Shown: positions 1 through 13,517, counted from the stretch's first letter. The stretch is 64,000 nt of DNA from Minisyncoccota bacterium (GCA_041664245.1 JBAYLC010000001.1:22654-86653), one strand, 5' to 3'. Program-made: numbers and translations. The notes: generated by a model from the letters alone, not told the origin.

Positions 1-206
1 TTTTTAACCATAAGGAAATTAGATACTCAAGAAATTATTCAAAATCCGATTTTTTCCTCCCTGCAGGTTTTTGTTAATCCCTCTAATGAAGCGAACATTA
101 GCCGTTCCAATCCCTTCCTTCCGTTATAGGCCGTTTCTCCCCGCCTCAAAAAGTGGAATTGTGATATCATTAATACAAAGGAACTGTCAAAAAACAGCTT
201 GTTTAA

Positions 207-1928
207 ATGAACGAAGACCAATTTTTAACGGGATTAGAAAATAGTGGATTAATCGACGAAGCCACCTCAAAGCGCCTGAAAAAAGAGGTTCTTCTTTCTG
301 GTCGGGCCATAGAGGAAATTATTCACGAGCGCCGAATTGTCGATGATGTAAAAGTCGCCGAGTTTAAGAGCGGTCTATCTAAAATTCCATTTCAAAAAAT
401 TGATTTTGATAATTACGATGACAGTCTTCTATCCTTAATTCCAGAAGAAACCGTCCGCACTTATAGCGTGGCGCCAATCACAAAAAAAGATAATTTATTT
501 ATCGTTGGGATGCTTCATCCCGAAGATCTAAAAGCTCAAGAAGTCTTGAAATTTATTGCCCGCCGCAATCGCTTAGATTTAGGAATTTACTTGATGTCCT
601 ACGGCGACTGGCAAGAAATTCTCCGGAAATATTCTCCCTATCGAAGTGAAATAAAATCCGCGGTCCAGTCTCTAAATATTAAAGGCGATTCAAATCGAAA
701 AATTGTCCGATTAGATGAAACAGCCGGCATTAACGAAGAAGCGCCGGTAATCAGAATTGTCGCTGATACCCTCAAAGAAGCCGTTCAAAGCCAAGCCTCT
801 GACGTTCATATTGAGCCGCAAGAGAATTATCTTCGTGTTCGTTTCCGAATTGATGGTGAGCTGCAAGAAGCCGCTTCTTTACCCTCAGAATTATCTTCTC
901 CGGTTATCTCGCGGGTAAAAGTTATTTCCAGCTTAAAGATTGACGAAAACAGAATTCCCCAAGACGGCCGTTTTCGAAGTAGGATATTCGATCGAAACAT
1001 CGATTTTCGTGTTTCCACTTTTCCGACTCCTTTGGGCGAAAAAGTTGCTATTCGTATTTTAGATCAAGCCATTGGCCTTAAAAACTTTGATCAACTTGGT
1101 CTAATGGGGCCGAACTTGGAAAAAGTTAAAGACGGCCTTAAGAAGCCATTTGGCATGGTTCTAATCTCTGGACCGACTGGTTCTGGAAAAAGCACCTCGC
1201 TTTATGCCCTGCTTCAAACTTTAAATAATGAAAAAATAAATATTGTTAGCCTGGAAGACCCAGTAGAGTATTTTGTTTCCGGTGTTAATCAGTCCCAGAT
1301 GCGTCCCGAAATCGGTTATGATTTTGCTTCTGGTCTGCGTCAGATTCTTCGCCAAGACCCCGATGTAATTATGGTTGGTGAAATTCGCGACAACGAAACA
1401 GCTGGCCTCGCGGTCCACGCCGCTCTCACCGGTCATATTGTTCTTTCCACTATTCACACCAATAACGCCATTGGTGTTATTCCCCGCCTAATCGATATGA
1501 AAGTCGAGCCATTCCTCCTTCCCTCTGCGCTCAATCTAATGGTTTCCCAGAGACTTGTTTCTGTTCTTTGCCCAAGTTGTAAATCAGCCGAAGAAGCTTC
1601 TCAGCCAATTCAAGAAATAATAAAAGATTCTCTTATTAATTTATCCGGGGAATTAATTTCTGATTATTCTCCTCCCTACAAAATTTATCACGCCCCCGGT
1701 TGCATCAAGTGTAAAAATAAAGGAGTAATTGGTCGCATCGCAATTTTTGAAGTTCTATCAATGTCTAAGCCGCTGGCCGAAATAATTAATACTGATTTCA
1801 ACTCCGAAAAAATCAAGAAAGAATCAATCGCGCAGGGGATGATTACCCTCCGTCAAGACGGGGTTCTAAAAGCGCTCGCCGGTATTGTTTCGATTGAAGA
1901 AGTAATCCGGGAGACGGGAGAAGCATAA
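207..1928 (+). CDS. pilB: Type IV pilus assembly ATPase PilB (GspE family)
   Basis: 573 aa. N-terminal T2SS-E N-domain-like region. Walker A GPTGSGKST and Asp/His boxes. CxxC...CxxC tetracysteine motif. TAA stop. Confidence 0.9.
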   Translation: MNEDQFLTGLENSGLIDEATSKRLKKEVLLSGRAIEEIIHERRIVDDVKVAEFKSGLSKIPFQKIDFDNYDDSLLSLIPEETVRTYSVAPITKKDNLFIVGMLHPEDLKAQEVLKFIARRNRLDLGIYLMSYGDWQEILRKYSPYRSEIKSAVQSLNIKGDSNRKIVRLDETAGINEEAPVIRIVADTLKEAVQSQASDVHIEPQENYLRVRFRIDGELQEAASLPSELSSPVISRVKVISSLKIDENRIPQDGRFRSRIFDRNIDFRVSTFPTPLGEKVAIRILDQAIGLKNFDQLGLMGPNLEKVKDGLKKPFGMVLISGPTGSGKSTSLYALLQTLNNEKINIVSLEDPVEYFVSGVNQSQMRPEIGYDFASGLRQILRQDPDVIMVGEIRDNETAGLAVHAALTGHIVLSTIHTNNAIGVIPRLIDMKVEPFLLPSALNLMVSQRLVSVLCPSCKSAEEASQPIQEIIKDSLINLSGELISDYSPPYKIYHAPGCIKCKNKGVIGRIAIFEVLSMSKPLAEIINTDFNSEKIKKESIAQGMITLRQDGVLKALAGIVSIEEVIRETGEA

Positions 1929-1974
1929 TTTTCCTATTTAGAATCTTAATTCCGTGATAAAATAGTTAATATCA

Positions 1975-3048
1975 ATGGATAACTACACCGAAAAACTTAC
2001 AGAGCTTCTTATCGCCACCGCTAAACAAAGCGCGTCCGATCTTCATATTGCCGTCGGTCGCCGGCCAACCCTTCGTATTGACGGTGTTTTAGTCCCTCTT
2101 CAACAAGAGATAATTGTTACCCCTCAGGTAGCCGAGGGTCTGATTTCTGCTCTCCTTACTCCAGAACAAAAAGAGCGTTTCTTAAGGGAAAAACAATTAG
2201 ACTTTGCTTATAGCTTAGAAGACAAAGCTCGTTTTCGGGTCAATGTTTATTTTCAGCGCGGCTATATGGCCGCCGCTCTCCGTTTAATTCCAACAAGAAT
2301 TCGTTCCATTGAAGAACTTCGTCTTCCGCCAATTCTCCACGATTTTGCCAAGCTTTCTCAAGGGTTTATTCTCCTTGTCGGTCCTGCCGGCCACGGCAAA
2401 TCCACCACCCTTGCTGCCATCCTCGACGAAATCAATCACAGCCGGACCGAACACATTATTACGGTTGAAGATCCGATTGAATATCTTTTTACTCAAGATC
2501 GTTCGATTATTTCTCAACGGGAAGTTGAGAACGACACCGAAGATTTCCATTCTGGCCTTCGAACGATTCTTCGCCAAGATCCAGACGTAATCATGGTTGG
2601 TGAAATGCGCGATGCGAGTTCTATTTCCACCGCCATGACCGCCGCTGAAACCGGTCACCTAGTTTTTTCGACGCTCCACACTAATTCCGCTTCTCAAACC
2701 ATTGACCGGGTTATTGACTCTTTCCCTCCTGAACAACAAGGGCAGATTATTTCTCAAATTGCCGCCACACTCGTGGCCATCGTTTCTCTTCGTCTCATCC
2801 CGCGTTTAGGCGGTGGTCGGGTGCCAGCAGCCGAAATTATGATTATGAATCCCGCTATTCGTAATTTAATCCGCGAGCGTAAAGTTTATCAAACTGATCT
2901 CGTAGTTGAAACTTCTCTCCAAGAAGGCATGGTTAGTCTTAATCGTTCCTTGGCTAAACTAGTGAAAGAGAAGCAAGTTTCCATTGAAACCGCTGAACTT
3001 TATTCATTAAATCCGGCCGAGCTAAGAATTCTTTTGGAAAAAATATAA
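1975..3048 (+). CDS. pilT: Twitching-motility retraction ATPase PilT
   Basis: 357 aa. Walker A GPAGHGKSTT. PilT-type AIRNLIRE motif. Confidence 0.88.
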   Translation: MDNYTEKLTELLIATAKQSASDLHIAVGRRPTLRIDGVLVPLQQEIIVTPQVAEGLISALLTPEQKERFLREKQLDFAYSLEDKARFRVNVYFQRGYMAAALRLIPTRIRSIEELRLPPILHDFAKLSQGFILLVGPAGHGKSTTLAAILDEINHSRTEHIITVEDPIEYLFTQDRSIISQREVENDTEDFHSGLRTILRQDPDVIMVGEMRDASSISTAMTAAETGHLVFSTLHTNSASQTIDRVIDSFPPEQQGQIISQIAATLVAIVSLRLIPRLGGGRVPAAEIMIMNPAIRNLIRERKVYQTDLVVETSLQEGMVSLNRSLAKLVKEKQVSIETAELYSLNPAELRILLEKI

Positions 3049-3104
3049 CACACGGGTCCTCATTTTTGTTTTAGAGATTTTTTTCTATAAGTTCACAGAA
3101 GAAG

Positions 3105-4319
3105 ATGAAGTTTAAATACCAAGCAAAAAATAGAACAGGGGAGTTGCAGGTCGGTTTTGTGGAGGCGGGGTCTAAAGACGCCGCTGTAAATATTTTAGTC
3201 AGTCACGACCTATTCATCCTTTCTATGGAATCAGCGGAAAAAGCCAATTGGTTTTCTAATTTAAGCGGTTATTTCGGGCGGGTGAAAAGAAAGGATATGG
3301 TTATTTTTACCCGCCAGCTGGCCACCCTTCTCGAAGCAAGATTGCCATTAAATATGGCTCTCCAAACCCTTTATGAACAAACCAGCCAACCTACCCTCAA
3401 GGAAGCTGTTTTTCAAATTACCGGAGATATTGATGCCGGTCTGTCTTTCTCTCAATCCTTGGAGCGTCAAGGCGCTATATTTTCTGAATTTTTTGTGAAC
3501 ATGGTCCGCACCGCCGAGGTTGCCGGCAACCTGGATGAAACTGTCGGTTTTTTAGCCGACTACATCGAAAAGGAAGATATTTTAATTTCTAAAGCCCGCT
3601 CCGCGCTTATTTATCCCGGAATCGTAATCGGTCTCTTTGTGGTGGTTGTCATAATTATGCTTACCACTGTTTTTCCTCAACTAAGTCCCATCTTTAAAGA
3701 AAGTGGTGTTAAATTACCTCTTTTTACTAGAATTCTTATCGGCTCGGGAGAACTTTTTCAAAACTGGTGGTGGGCTCTTAGCATCATTTTTATGATTGGC
3801 ACTATAGTCCTATTGGACTACGCAAAAAGTCCGGAGGGAAAAGCTATTATTGATGAATTGAAAATTCGCCTTCCCATTATAAAAAAAGTTTTTCTTCCCA
3901 TTACTATGACCCGTTTTGCGAACGCTACCAGTATTTTGCTTAAAGGCGGCGTCCCTCTCGCTCAGTCGCTTGAAATTGTCAGCCGCACCGTCGAGAGCTC
4001 TGTTTATTCCGATCTTTTTCGTGATGTTGCTGAACGTGTCCGGCAAGGAGAAACCCTTTCCCAGGCCTTAGGAAATTATCCCACCCACATTCCGCTTCTA
4101 GTTACCCAAATGATTGCGGTCGGGGAATCCACTGGCCAGCTTGAAAAAATGTTTGGCCGGTTGTCTAGTTTCTATAACCGCGAAGCCGATAATGTTGTCA
4201 ATAACATTGTTGATCTAATCCAACCCATTCTCATGGTTGGTGTTGGTCTTTTAGTAGGCCTTCTTTTCGCTTCGATTTTGATTCCTCTATACGATTTAAC
4301 TACTAGCTTTGCCGGTTAA
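3105..4319 (+). CDS. pilC: Type IV pilus inner-membrane platform protein PilC (GspF family)
   Basis: 404 aa. Duplicated GspF-like domains with 3 TM segments. Directly follows pilB-pilT. Confidence 0.88.
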   Translation: MKFKYQAKNRTGELQVGFVEAGSKDAAVNILVSHDLFILSMESAEKANWFSNLSGYFGRVKRKDMVIFTRQLATLLEARLPLNMALQTLYEQTSQPTLKEAVFQITGDIDAGLSFSQSLERQGAIFSEFFVNMVRTAEVAGNLDETVGFLADYIEKEDILISKARSALIYPGIVIGLFVVVVIIMLTTVFPQLSPIFKESGVKLPLFTRILIGSGELFQNWWWALSIIFMIGTIVLLDYAKSPEGKAIIDELKIRLPIIKKVFLPITMTRFANATSILLKGGVPLAQSLEIVSRTVESSVYSDLFRDVAERVRQGETLSQALGNYPTHIPLLVTQMIAVGESTGQLEKMFGRLSSFYNREADNVVNNIVDLIQPILMVGVGLLVGLLFASILIPLYDLTTSFAG

Positions 4320-4343
4320 CTTTTTAGCTTGATTTGGTATAAT
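4316..4343 (+). promoter_or_regulatory. Putative sigma70 promoter with extended -10 (TGgTATAAT) upstream of pilin gene
   Basis: TGGTATAAT at 4335-4343. Weak TTAACT -35-like hexamer 16 nt upstream. Confidence 0.35.
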
Positions 4344-4401
4344 AAAATAAACGTTTAAAAGGTCGGAGAAGATTATTAACTTTAAATTAATTAAATAACA
4401 A

Positions 4402-4872
4402 ATGAATAAAATTAAATCTAAACAAGGGTTTACTCTAATCGAAATTCTAATCGTTATCGCTATTATCGGCATCTTGGCCTCAGTCGCCATTATTGGTTTG
4501 GGCGGTAGTCGGGTCAAAGCCAGGGACTCAAAGAAAATCTCCGAGCTAGCGCAAATCCGCAACGGTTTGGAATTATATTTCACTACTTGTGGGCATTATC
4601 CTGGCGGTGGCGCTGGTTGTACAGTAACGGCTAGTTTGCCAGCTACCTATAACGATCTGAGAGCTAATATGGTTGCCGTATTGCCGAGTTTATCTAATAT
4701 GCCAGCCGATAACGTCAACATGGATTATGGAACCAACGCGGATAACACACAATATGTCCTCGGCGTTAAATTAGAGGAAGCAAATAGTATAATAGCCAGC
4801 AGTCCAGCTCCTGCCGCTACACTTGGCGTTGACTGCAATGCCGCTACATTCAATTATTGTATTGGCTCCTAA
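4402..4872 (+). CDS. Type IVa major pilin (PilA-like)
   Basis: 156 aa. Class III leader MNKIKSKQG|FTLIEILIV with Glu at +5. Two Cys pairs in the C-terminal half. Confidence 0.85.
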   Translation: MNKIKSKQGFTLIEILIVIAIIGILASVAIIGLGGSRVKARDSKKISELAQIRNGLELYFTTCGHYPGGGAGCTVTASLPATYNDLRANMVAVLPSLSNMPADNVNMDYGTNADNTQYVLGVKLEEANSIIASSPAPAATLGVDCNAATFNYCIGS

Positions 4873-4893
4873 ATACCTCCGAATTCATACCTT

Positions 4894-5790
4894 ATGATTT
4901 CTCTGTGGTTGTTTATTCTAGGATTGGCCTTCGGGAGTTTTATCAACGTAATCTCCCTAAGATATAATCCTGAAAAATTTATTCTGAATAAAAGCGTTTT
5001 GGGCGGGCGTTCTGCTTGTCCGAAATGCGGGAATAAGCTCAACTGGTTTGAGCTTATTCCTTTATTTAGCTTTTTATTTCTCCGCGCCCGCTGCCGTAAA
5101 TGTCATGAAAAAATCAGTTGGCAGTATCCGCTTGTTGAATTAATCTCCGGTCTTATTTTTGTTTTCGTCCCCGCTTTTATTTTTTCCTCAAAATTCAAAA
5201 TTGTATTTTCAAACTCCGGTTTCAAAGATATTGCCGGTGATCCCATTTATCTTTACTTGCTAGCTATTTTATTTATAGTGGCTTTCTCCGCTCTTCTTCT
5301 TCTTTCCTTAATTGATATTCGCCTCAAAATCATTCCCGATGAAATTAATATTTTCTTAGTTATCTTAGGGATAGTTTTAATTATTTTAGCAAGAACTGAT
5401 TTTAGCCTCGTCGGCGGTTCTTTTCTGGGTTCCTATAGCGCCCTTTTAGGTTTTAAAACTAATATCTGGTTAAACCACGGGATTGCCCTGCTTTTCGGCG
5501 GGCTTTTTTTCGGCGCCATAATTTTTGCGACTTTTGGCCGGGGAATGGGCCTTGGCGATCTAAAACTCGCCATCGCTTTGGGCGCAATTTTCGGCTGGCC
5601 CGATATTCTTATTATCACCGCCGTTTCTTTTATTATCGGTTCGCTTATTAGCTTGCCGCTTATGATTTCCAAAAGAAAGAAACTAAAAAGCTTTCTTCCC
5701 TTTGGCCCGTTTTTAGCCATTGCTTCGATCCTTATTTTTCTCTTTGGACATGATATTATCGGATTTTATTTTCAGCTTTTCGCCCTCTAA
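4894..5790 (+). CDS. pilD: Prepilin peptidase / N-methyltransferase PilD (A24 family)
   Basis: 298 aa polytopic membrane protein. N-terminal CxxC...CxxC zinc motif. Conserved Asp-containing loops. Confidence 0.85.
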   Translation: MISLWLFILGLAFGSFINVISLRYNPEKFILNKSVLGGRSACPKCGNKLNWFELIPLFSFLFLRARCRKCHEKISWQYPLVELISGLIFVFVPAFIFSSKFKIVFSNSGFKDIAGDPIYLYLLAILFIVAFSALLLLSLIDIRLKIIPDEINIFLVILGIVLIILARTDFSLVGGSFLGSYSALLGFKTNIWLNHGIALLFGGLFFGAIIFATFGRGMGLGDLKLAIALGAIFGWPDILIITAVSFIIGSLISLPLMISKRKKLKSFLPFGPFLAIASILIFLFGHDIIGFYFQLFAL

Positions 5791-5888
5791 GTTTGTAATA
5801 AAATTTTAGTGTACCGTAGGGTATTTTCGTTCTATTTCCTATGGGTGTGGTAAAATGGTTATGAACCATCTAAGCTCATTCTCAAATC

Positions 5889-6530
5889 ATGGTATCCAGA
5901 TTCCATCGAAAAACTGAAACCTACTTATCCACCGAAGCCTCGGCGAAAGAGGATCACCTTAAATCTTATTTAAAAGGGTTTACTTTTGTCGAAATAATGG
6001 TTGTTCTTGGAATTACTCTGCTTCTTGCCGGAATCGCCATATCCTACAGCCAAGAAAGCCGCCAACTCATTTTATTAAACAGTGAGAAAGTAAAAATTGC
6101 TGAAAGTATTTCTAAGACTAAGGCCCTGGCTATAACCGGCTACACCAAACCGGCGTCTCTGCCTCCACCCTGCGCTTACGGTTTTGAGGTGAACTACACG
6201 AATCAAACTTTTTCGATTTTTTTCATCAATAAAACCGCCACCTTCTCTTGTTTAGACGTATTGAGTCTATTAACCATAAACGCATCTGTTCCCATAACTT
6301 ACGTTGATGGTTATCCTCAAAAAATAGACAAAAATATAAAAATTTCCCCTCATCCAACAGATGGGTTGCTCTACGCAATATTTATTCCCCCTAATCTTGA
6401 TGTTGCGCTGTTCGATTCAGCCAACAGTAGAAATTCATTTTCATCTCTAGGAATCGATCTCGAAGCCAAATCCTCGCCCTCAATTAAGGGAACAGTCACG
6501 GTAAGTCAAAATGGTTACTTGAGTTTTTAA
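5889..6530 (+). CDS. Minor pilin / pseudopilin-like protein
   Basis: 213 aa. Prepilin-like KG|FTFVEIMVVLGITLLLAGIAI segment with Glu +5. The leader is unusually long, so the true start may be internal. Confidence 0.55.
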   Translation: MVSRFHRKTETYLSTEASAKEDHLKSYLKGFTFVEIMVVLGITLLLAGIAISYSQESRQLILLNSEKVKIAESISKTKALAITGYTKPASLPPPCAYGFEVNYTNQTFSIFFINKTATFSCLDVLSLLTINASVPITYVDGYPQKIDKNIKISPHPTDGLLYAIFIPPNLDVALFDSANSRNSFSSLGIDLEAKSSPSIKGTVTVSQNGYLSF

Positions 6531-6570
6531 TTAACTTGAGCTGATTTTTTTAATTTTTTCTACTGATAAA

Positions 6571-7164
6571 ATGAAATTAATAAAATACAAAAAGAAAAAT
6601 AGTGGCCAGGCTATAATCGAAGCTCTCGTCGCTCTCGGCATCCTCTCGGTCGCTTTTTTTGCCGTTCTATCTCTCTTGGATAATTCTATCAGCCTAGGCA
6701 ATGTTGTCTCTGACCAAAATATCGCCACCTATTTAGCCGGTGAGGGGATAGAGATTGTAAAAAATCTCGTTGACACCAATATTTCAAGACGCAACAGCAC
6801 CTCTTCTCCTGCTTCTTTCGACGAAGACTTTTCAATCGGCGCTTATGAAGTGAGTTATTTTGATCCGCTTGATGCTGACGATCCAATAGGTTCAAATACT
6901 CAAGATGGTAAAAATCCTGGGAAAAGAATTGGTGACGTCGGCGTTCGAAGTACCAATCCTCTGGACTTTGACGAAGTCAGTGGTGGTTATTATCAAACTT
7001 ATCCAGCTCCAGTCAATCCCTCCCATTTCTACCGGACCATTGTCATCACTCGTTCTCCTGGTAAATGGATTAAAGCGGAGTCCATCGTTCAATGGATCGG
7101 CAAGGGCGGTGTAACTAAAGAAATAAAATTAGAAGATTATTTCTATAATTGGCGGATTTACTAA
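6571..7164 (+). CDS. Minor pilin-like protein (PilV-like)
   Basis: 197 aa. N-terminus MKLIKYKKKNSG|QAIIEALVALGIL with Glu +5. Confidence 0.55.
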   Translation: MKLIKYKKKNSGQAIIEALVALGILSVAFFAVLSLLDNSISLGNVVSDQNIATYLAGEGIEIVKNLVDTNISRRNSTSSPASFDEDFSIGAYEVSYFDPLDADDPIGSNTQDGKNPGKRIGDVGVRSTNPLDFDEVSGGYYQTYPAPVNPSHFYRTIVITRSPGKWIKAESIVQWIGKGGVTKEIKLEDYFYNWRIY

Positions 7165-7682
7165 TTTTTTCCATGAATAAGAATTTTCTAATCAAAAAAA
7201 ATGGTTCCACCTTAGTCGAGCTTTTAGTAAGTATCGCTCTTTTTCTAGTTGTCATCACCATCGTTGTTGGCGGTTTTACTAGAGGGCTCAAAACTAATCG
7301 CCAGCTTCTAGCGACTATTGCCGTAAATAGCAATATCAGTTTCATGATAGAAAAAATGAGCCGGGAAATGCGAACGGGCAGTGGCTTTCAAGTCCTTAAT
7401 CCCGGTGAAATTTCTTTTGCTAATTCCCAAGGCGAAGAAATTACTTATAAATTAATGGGAAAATCAATTTATCGCAAAGTTGATCTTAATCCCGCCCAGC
7501 AAGTTACCGATGACAGCGTGTCCGTTGAATTATTCACATTTGATATTATTGATTTTTTTAACTTGTCACCTTACTCACCTCGTATTCGATTGTTTCTAGG
7601 AATCCGTCCGACCGGCGCCAGTAGTGGTGTAAAAACAATCTTTATCCAAACCACCGTGAGTAGTCGCAACTTTCTTCCTTAA
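7149..7682 (+). CDS. Minor pilin-like protein (PilW-like)
   Basis: 177 aa. KNG|STLVELLVSIALFLVV prepilin-type N-terminus. Overlaps the previous gene by 16 nt. Confidence 0.55.
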   Translation: MADLLIFSMNKNFLIKKNGSTLVELLVSIALFLVVITIVVGGFTRGLKTNRQLLATIAVNSNISFMIEKMSREMRTGSGFQVLNPGEISFANSQGEEITYKLMGKSIYRKVDLNPAQQVTDDSVSVELFTFDIIDFFNLSPYSPRIRLFLGIRPTGASSGVKTIFIQTTVSSRNFLP

Positions 7683-7701
7683 TCTACTAAACTAAATCAA
7701 A

Positions 7702-10742
<3,041 letters not shown>

Positions 10743-10820
10743 AGCTAAAGTCTCATAAAAAATCACCCCGCTAAGCGGAGTGATTTTTTTATTGTTCATC
10801 TATCATCTATCACTTTGCTG

Positions 10821-13517
10821 CTATCCCGGTGGCACCTCGATAATTGTTGTTCCGCATTTTTGGGTGTTGCAAGCCACCGTGCTTGAAACCGAAGAGGAAC
10901 AATCAGCGCCGATATGAATCAGATTTTTCTTTCCTCCGCCGCAAGATCGGCTGCAAGCCGTCCAGTAATCAGCTGGAAAACAGGTTGCGTTATCCAATAT
11001 GCGAATTTCATGGACGCCCCAACCCGACACTAAAGTTGTAGTCGCAGAAACTTGAGAAACTGCTTGTACATAAAGTGTGAATGGCGACGAGCTGGTTGTA
11101 GCCCAGGTTCGATTTGTAGATGCTTCTTGTGTTGAGGAGACCTTCCGGAAATCATTTACAGTTGTTTTTTGATCCCAATAAAAATTATAGGTGATATCAC
11201 TTGTAATCGTTGAGCTAGATAAGGTCGTGAAAGTATAAGCTTGGCCGGGTTTTCCCACTGTCGGCCCCTGTATTTCCGGCGGCAAAATATAATCAGTAGT
11301 TGTTGCGCTACCGCCAATAGCCTTGAAGCTAAGGTTAAAGCTTCTTGCCGGCACATTTATCAAGAAGGGAGTAGCGCTCACACCAGGCGCCAATGCCCCC
11401 CCTATTGTTTGAGGATATTTTCGGCAAACACTATCTACGAAATATTCCAGATATTGCTTAGCCGTGGTCGCGCCAAAACTCACCGTTGCTTTTACACTCC
11501 CCCCACCGCTATTTTTACTAACAAAACAAGTTTTAATATATCCATTCGCCGAATCAGAACACTTAGTAAGCGCGGTATTTGGGTTGTTTGTTATGGCTAT
11601 CGTAACGGGCGGGGGATTAGCTGATAATGGTGTAAAAAACTTGAAAATCTTTCCGCCAGCACCTCTGCTGATAATATAGTCCTGCGCTTCGCAGGTTCCT
11701 TTCTGTGGAGCTCCGGGCAACCAATATCCATAAGGGCTGTCATAAAAACCTCCTGATCCAAACCAATAAGCGGTTTGAGAGCCGCTTGGCAAAAAATCGC
11801 TTGGGTTAGCGGAAAAAACCACCCAAGATCCAGTATTCACGGTGCTGCTTTGTATATCATTTCCAGCTTTATCGATTACCTTAGCGGTATAAGTAAATTG
11901 GTAAAAAGGCTGGTCTAATTTGAAGGATACTAAGCCATGCATAATTGGATTTAGAGAACCGCCGAATTCAACGCTGCCGGCCGGCTTAAATGTATAGGTG
12001 TAACTCTGAGCGGCATCTGCTTTACTGCTGCCAGATAGAATTAAGGAAACGGAAAAAATAAGGAAAAACAAAATCTTCATTCCCGTCGCAGTGGTGTTCG
12101 TCATCCCACCAGAAGAGTCATTCTGGGGCTCTCCCATATTCACGTAATCATTCCTTTTTCTTTTTCTAATCAATATAAATATCACAATAATAATTGCTGC
12201 TCCGATTCCAATCAAACCATAAATCCAATAACTTGAATCTCCAAAAATTGGTTTTGTTGAAGATGAATCAGAAGAACTGGAAACTGGCTCAGTTCCTTTA
12301 TTTGAGCACTTCGCCGGATCTATCTCTTGGCAGTTATATTTCATTTCAACTTCATCCACTAATAAATTTTGAGCGTCGAAAAGCGAGGCTTTTATTGTGG
12401 CAACATCAAGATCGTTTTGAGCGGTAAAATCAGTTTTAAAACCCATCATCCCATCGGTAATATCTCCGCTATATGTCGAATTTTTTATTATCGCTCCTTT
12501 CTCATCAAGTAATTTTATTTCTAATCTTCCACTTACCACTCCGGCAGTTCCAACATCATGAATGCAAGAAAAAATAGTAGCTGTTTCCCCTTTTTTAAGT
12601 GGAAACTTGGTTAAGGCTGGAAAATTTATTCGCGGTCGGTCAATTCCTTCCCTTGCAAAACGGACATTAATAATCGAAGAAAAATCATTCCATTTTGATT
12701 TCGCTACCAAAAAATATGCTGGGTATTTATTGTCCGTCAGTTCATAGGTTACCGTTTTTGTTTCGCCTGGCGCTAAATCTACCGTTTCCTGTTTTGTCTC
12801 CACTCTTTGAGAACTCAAAAGTCCATCCCAGAAGTAAACATCAAAAGAAATTTCCGCCTTCTGGTTTTGTTTTGTTGGGTTTTTAAGTGGCGCGCTTATT
12901 TTTATTTTTTCATCTTTTCCTAGTCGGGGTATCGGCGCCGCAAACAGATAATCTTTATCGTTTATTTTTACTCCATTTTTATCCCACGCCACTGAATTTT
13001 TGAAATCACTAGCAATACTAAACCCAACCTGATTGCCCTTTATATCGTCTGTAAAAGTCAGGCCCATTAAATTAAACTTTTTAGCTGATTGGAAATAAGC
13101 TACCGCCAAATAATCTCCTTCTGGTGCCCAAGCCGGAATTTTCCAACTAAAATCAAAACTCGTCGCTTGCCGTGTGTCTAAGGTCATTCCTTCCTTTACA
13201 AAAAATTGATCAATCAAAAAGTCGCCGTTTTTTTGGGCTAATTTCAAATCCTTTTGTTTTTGAAAAATTTTTATATAAACCGATCCGTCAACAATAGGAT
13301 AGGTATTTTCATTGGCTACCCCTATCGAAAAATCCATATCAGTTCCCGAGAGCGACTTTGTAATTTTGGGGCTGATATTTATCTGAACACTTCCAAATTT
13401 ATAAAAATCAAAACAATCAACCGACGTTAACGACTCTGGTTGTTGAGCTTTGGTTCCAATTGGAATAATCACCATGCTCACTACAGTCAACAAAACCAAA
13501 AATATTTTTTTAGACAT
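10821..13517 (-). CDS. Large surface protein with N-terminal signal peptide, TM helix plus RKRKR stop-transfer, second signal-peptide-like segment, and C-terminal TSP1-like Cys-rich motif
   Basis: 898 aa single ORF. Signal peptide MSKKIFLVLLTVVSMVIIPIGTKA. Ser-rich linker, hydrophobic helix, then RKRKR (aa ~420-455). Second SP-like MKILFFLIFSVSLILSGSSKADA|AQ at aa 480. C-terminal WTACSRSCGGG...C...C motif. Confidence 0.6.
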   Translation of the reverse strand: MSKKIFLVLLTVVSMVIIPIGTKAQQPESLTSVDCFDFYKFGSVQINISPKITKSLSGTDMDFSIGVANENTYPIVDGSVYIKIFQKQKDLKLAQKNGDFLIDQFFVKEGMTLDTRQATSFDFSWKIPAWAPEGDYLAVAYFQSAKKFNLMGLTFTDDIKGNQVGFSIASDFKNSVAWDKNGVKINDKDYLFAAPIPRLGKDEKIKISAPLKNPTKQNQKAEISFDVYFWDGLLSSQRVETKQETVDLAPGETKTVTYELTDNKYPAYFLVAKSKWNDFSSIINVRFAREGIDRPRINFPALTKFPLKKGETATIFSCIHDVGTAGVVSGRLEIKLLDEKGAIIKNSTYSGDITDGMMGFKTDFTAQNDLDVATIKASLFDAQNLLVDEVEMKYNCQEIDPAKCSNKGTEPVSSSSDSSSTKPIFGDSSYWIYGLIGIGAAIIIVIFILIRKRKRNDYVNMGEPQNDSSGGMTNTTATGMKILFFLIFSVSLILSGSSKADAAQSYTYTFKPAGSVEFGGSLNPIMHGLVSFKLDQPFYQFTYTAKVIDKAGNDIQSSTVNTGSWVVFSANPSDFLPSGSQTAYWFGSGGFYDSPYGYWLPGAPQKGTCEAQDYIISRGAGGKIFKFFTPLSANPPPVTIAITNNPNTALTKCSDSANGYIKTCFVSKNSGGGSVKATVSFGATTAKQYLEYFVDSVCRKYPQTIGGALAPGVSATPFLINVPARSFNLSFKAIGGSATTTDYILPPEIQGPTVGKPGQAYTFTTLSSSTITSDITYNFYWDQKTTVNDFRKVSSTQEASTNRTWATTSSSPFTLYVQAVSQVSATTTLVSGWGVHEIRILDNATCFPADYWTACSRSCGGGKKNLIHIGADCSSSVSSTVACNTQKCGTTIIEVPPG

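Noticed and set aside
12078-12160. Possibility that TGA or another stop is recoded, explaining the missing stop between two secreted-protein modules
   Set aside because: TGA terminates ligA, and TAA and TAG terminate other confident genes, so the standard code is in use. The junction simply has no in-frame stop. Fusion or sequencing error remain the live explanations.
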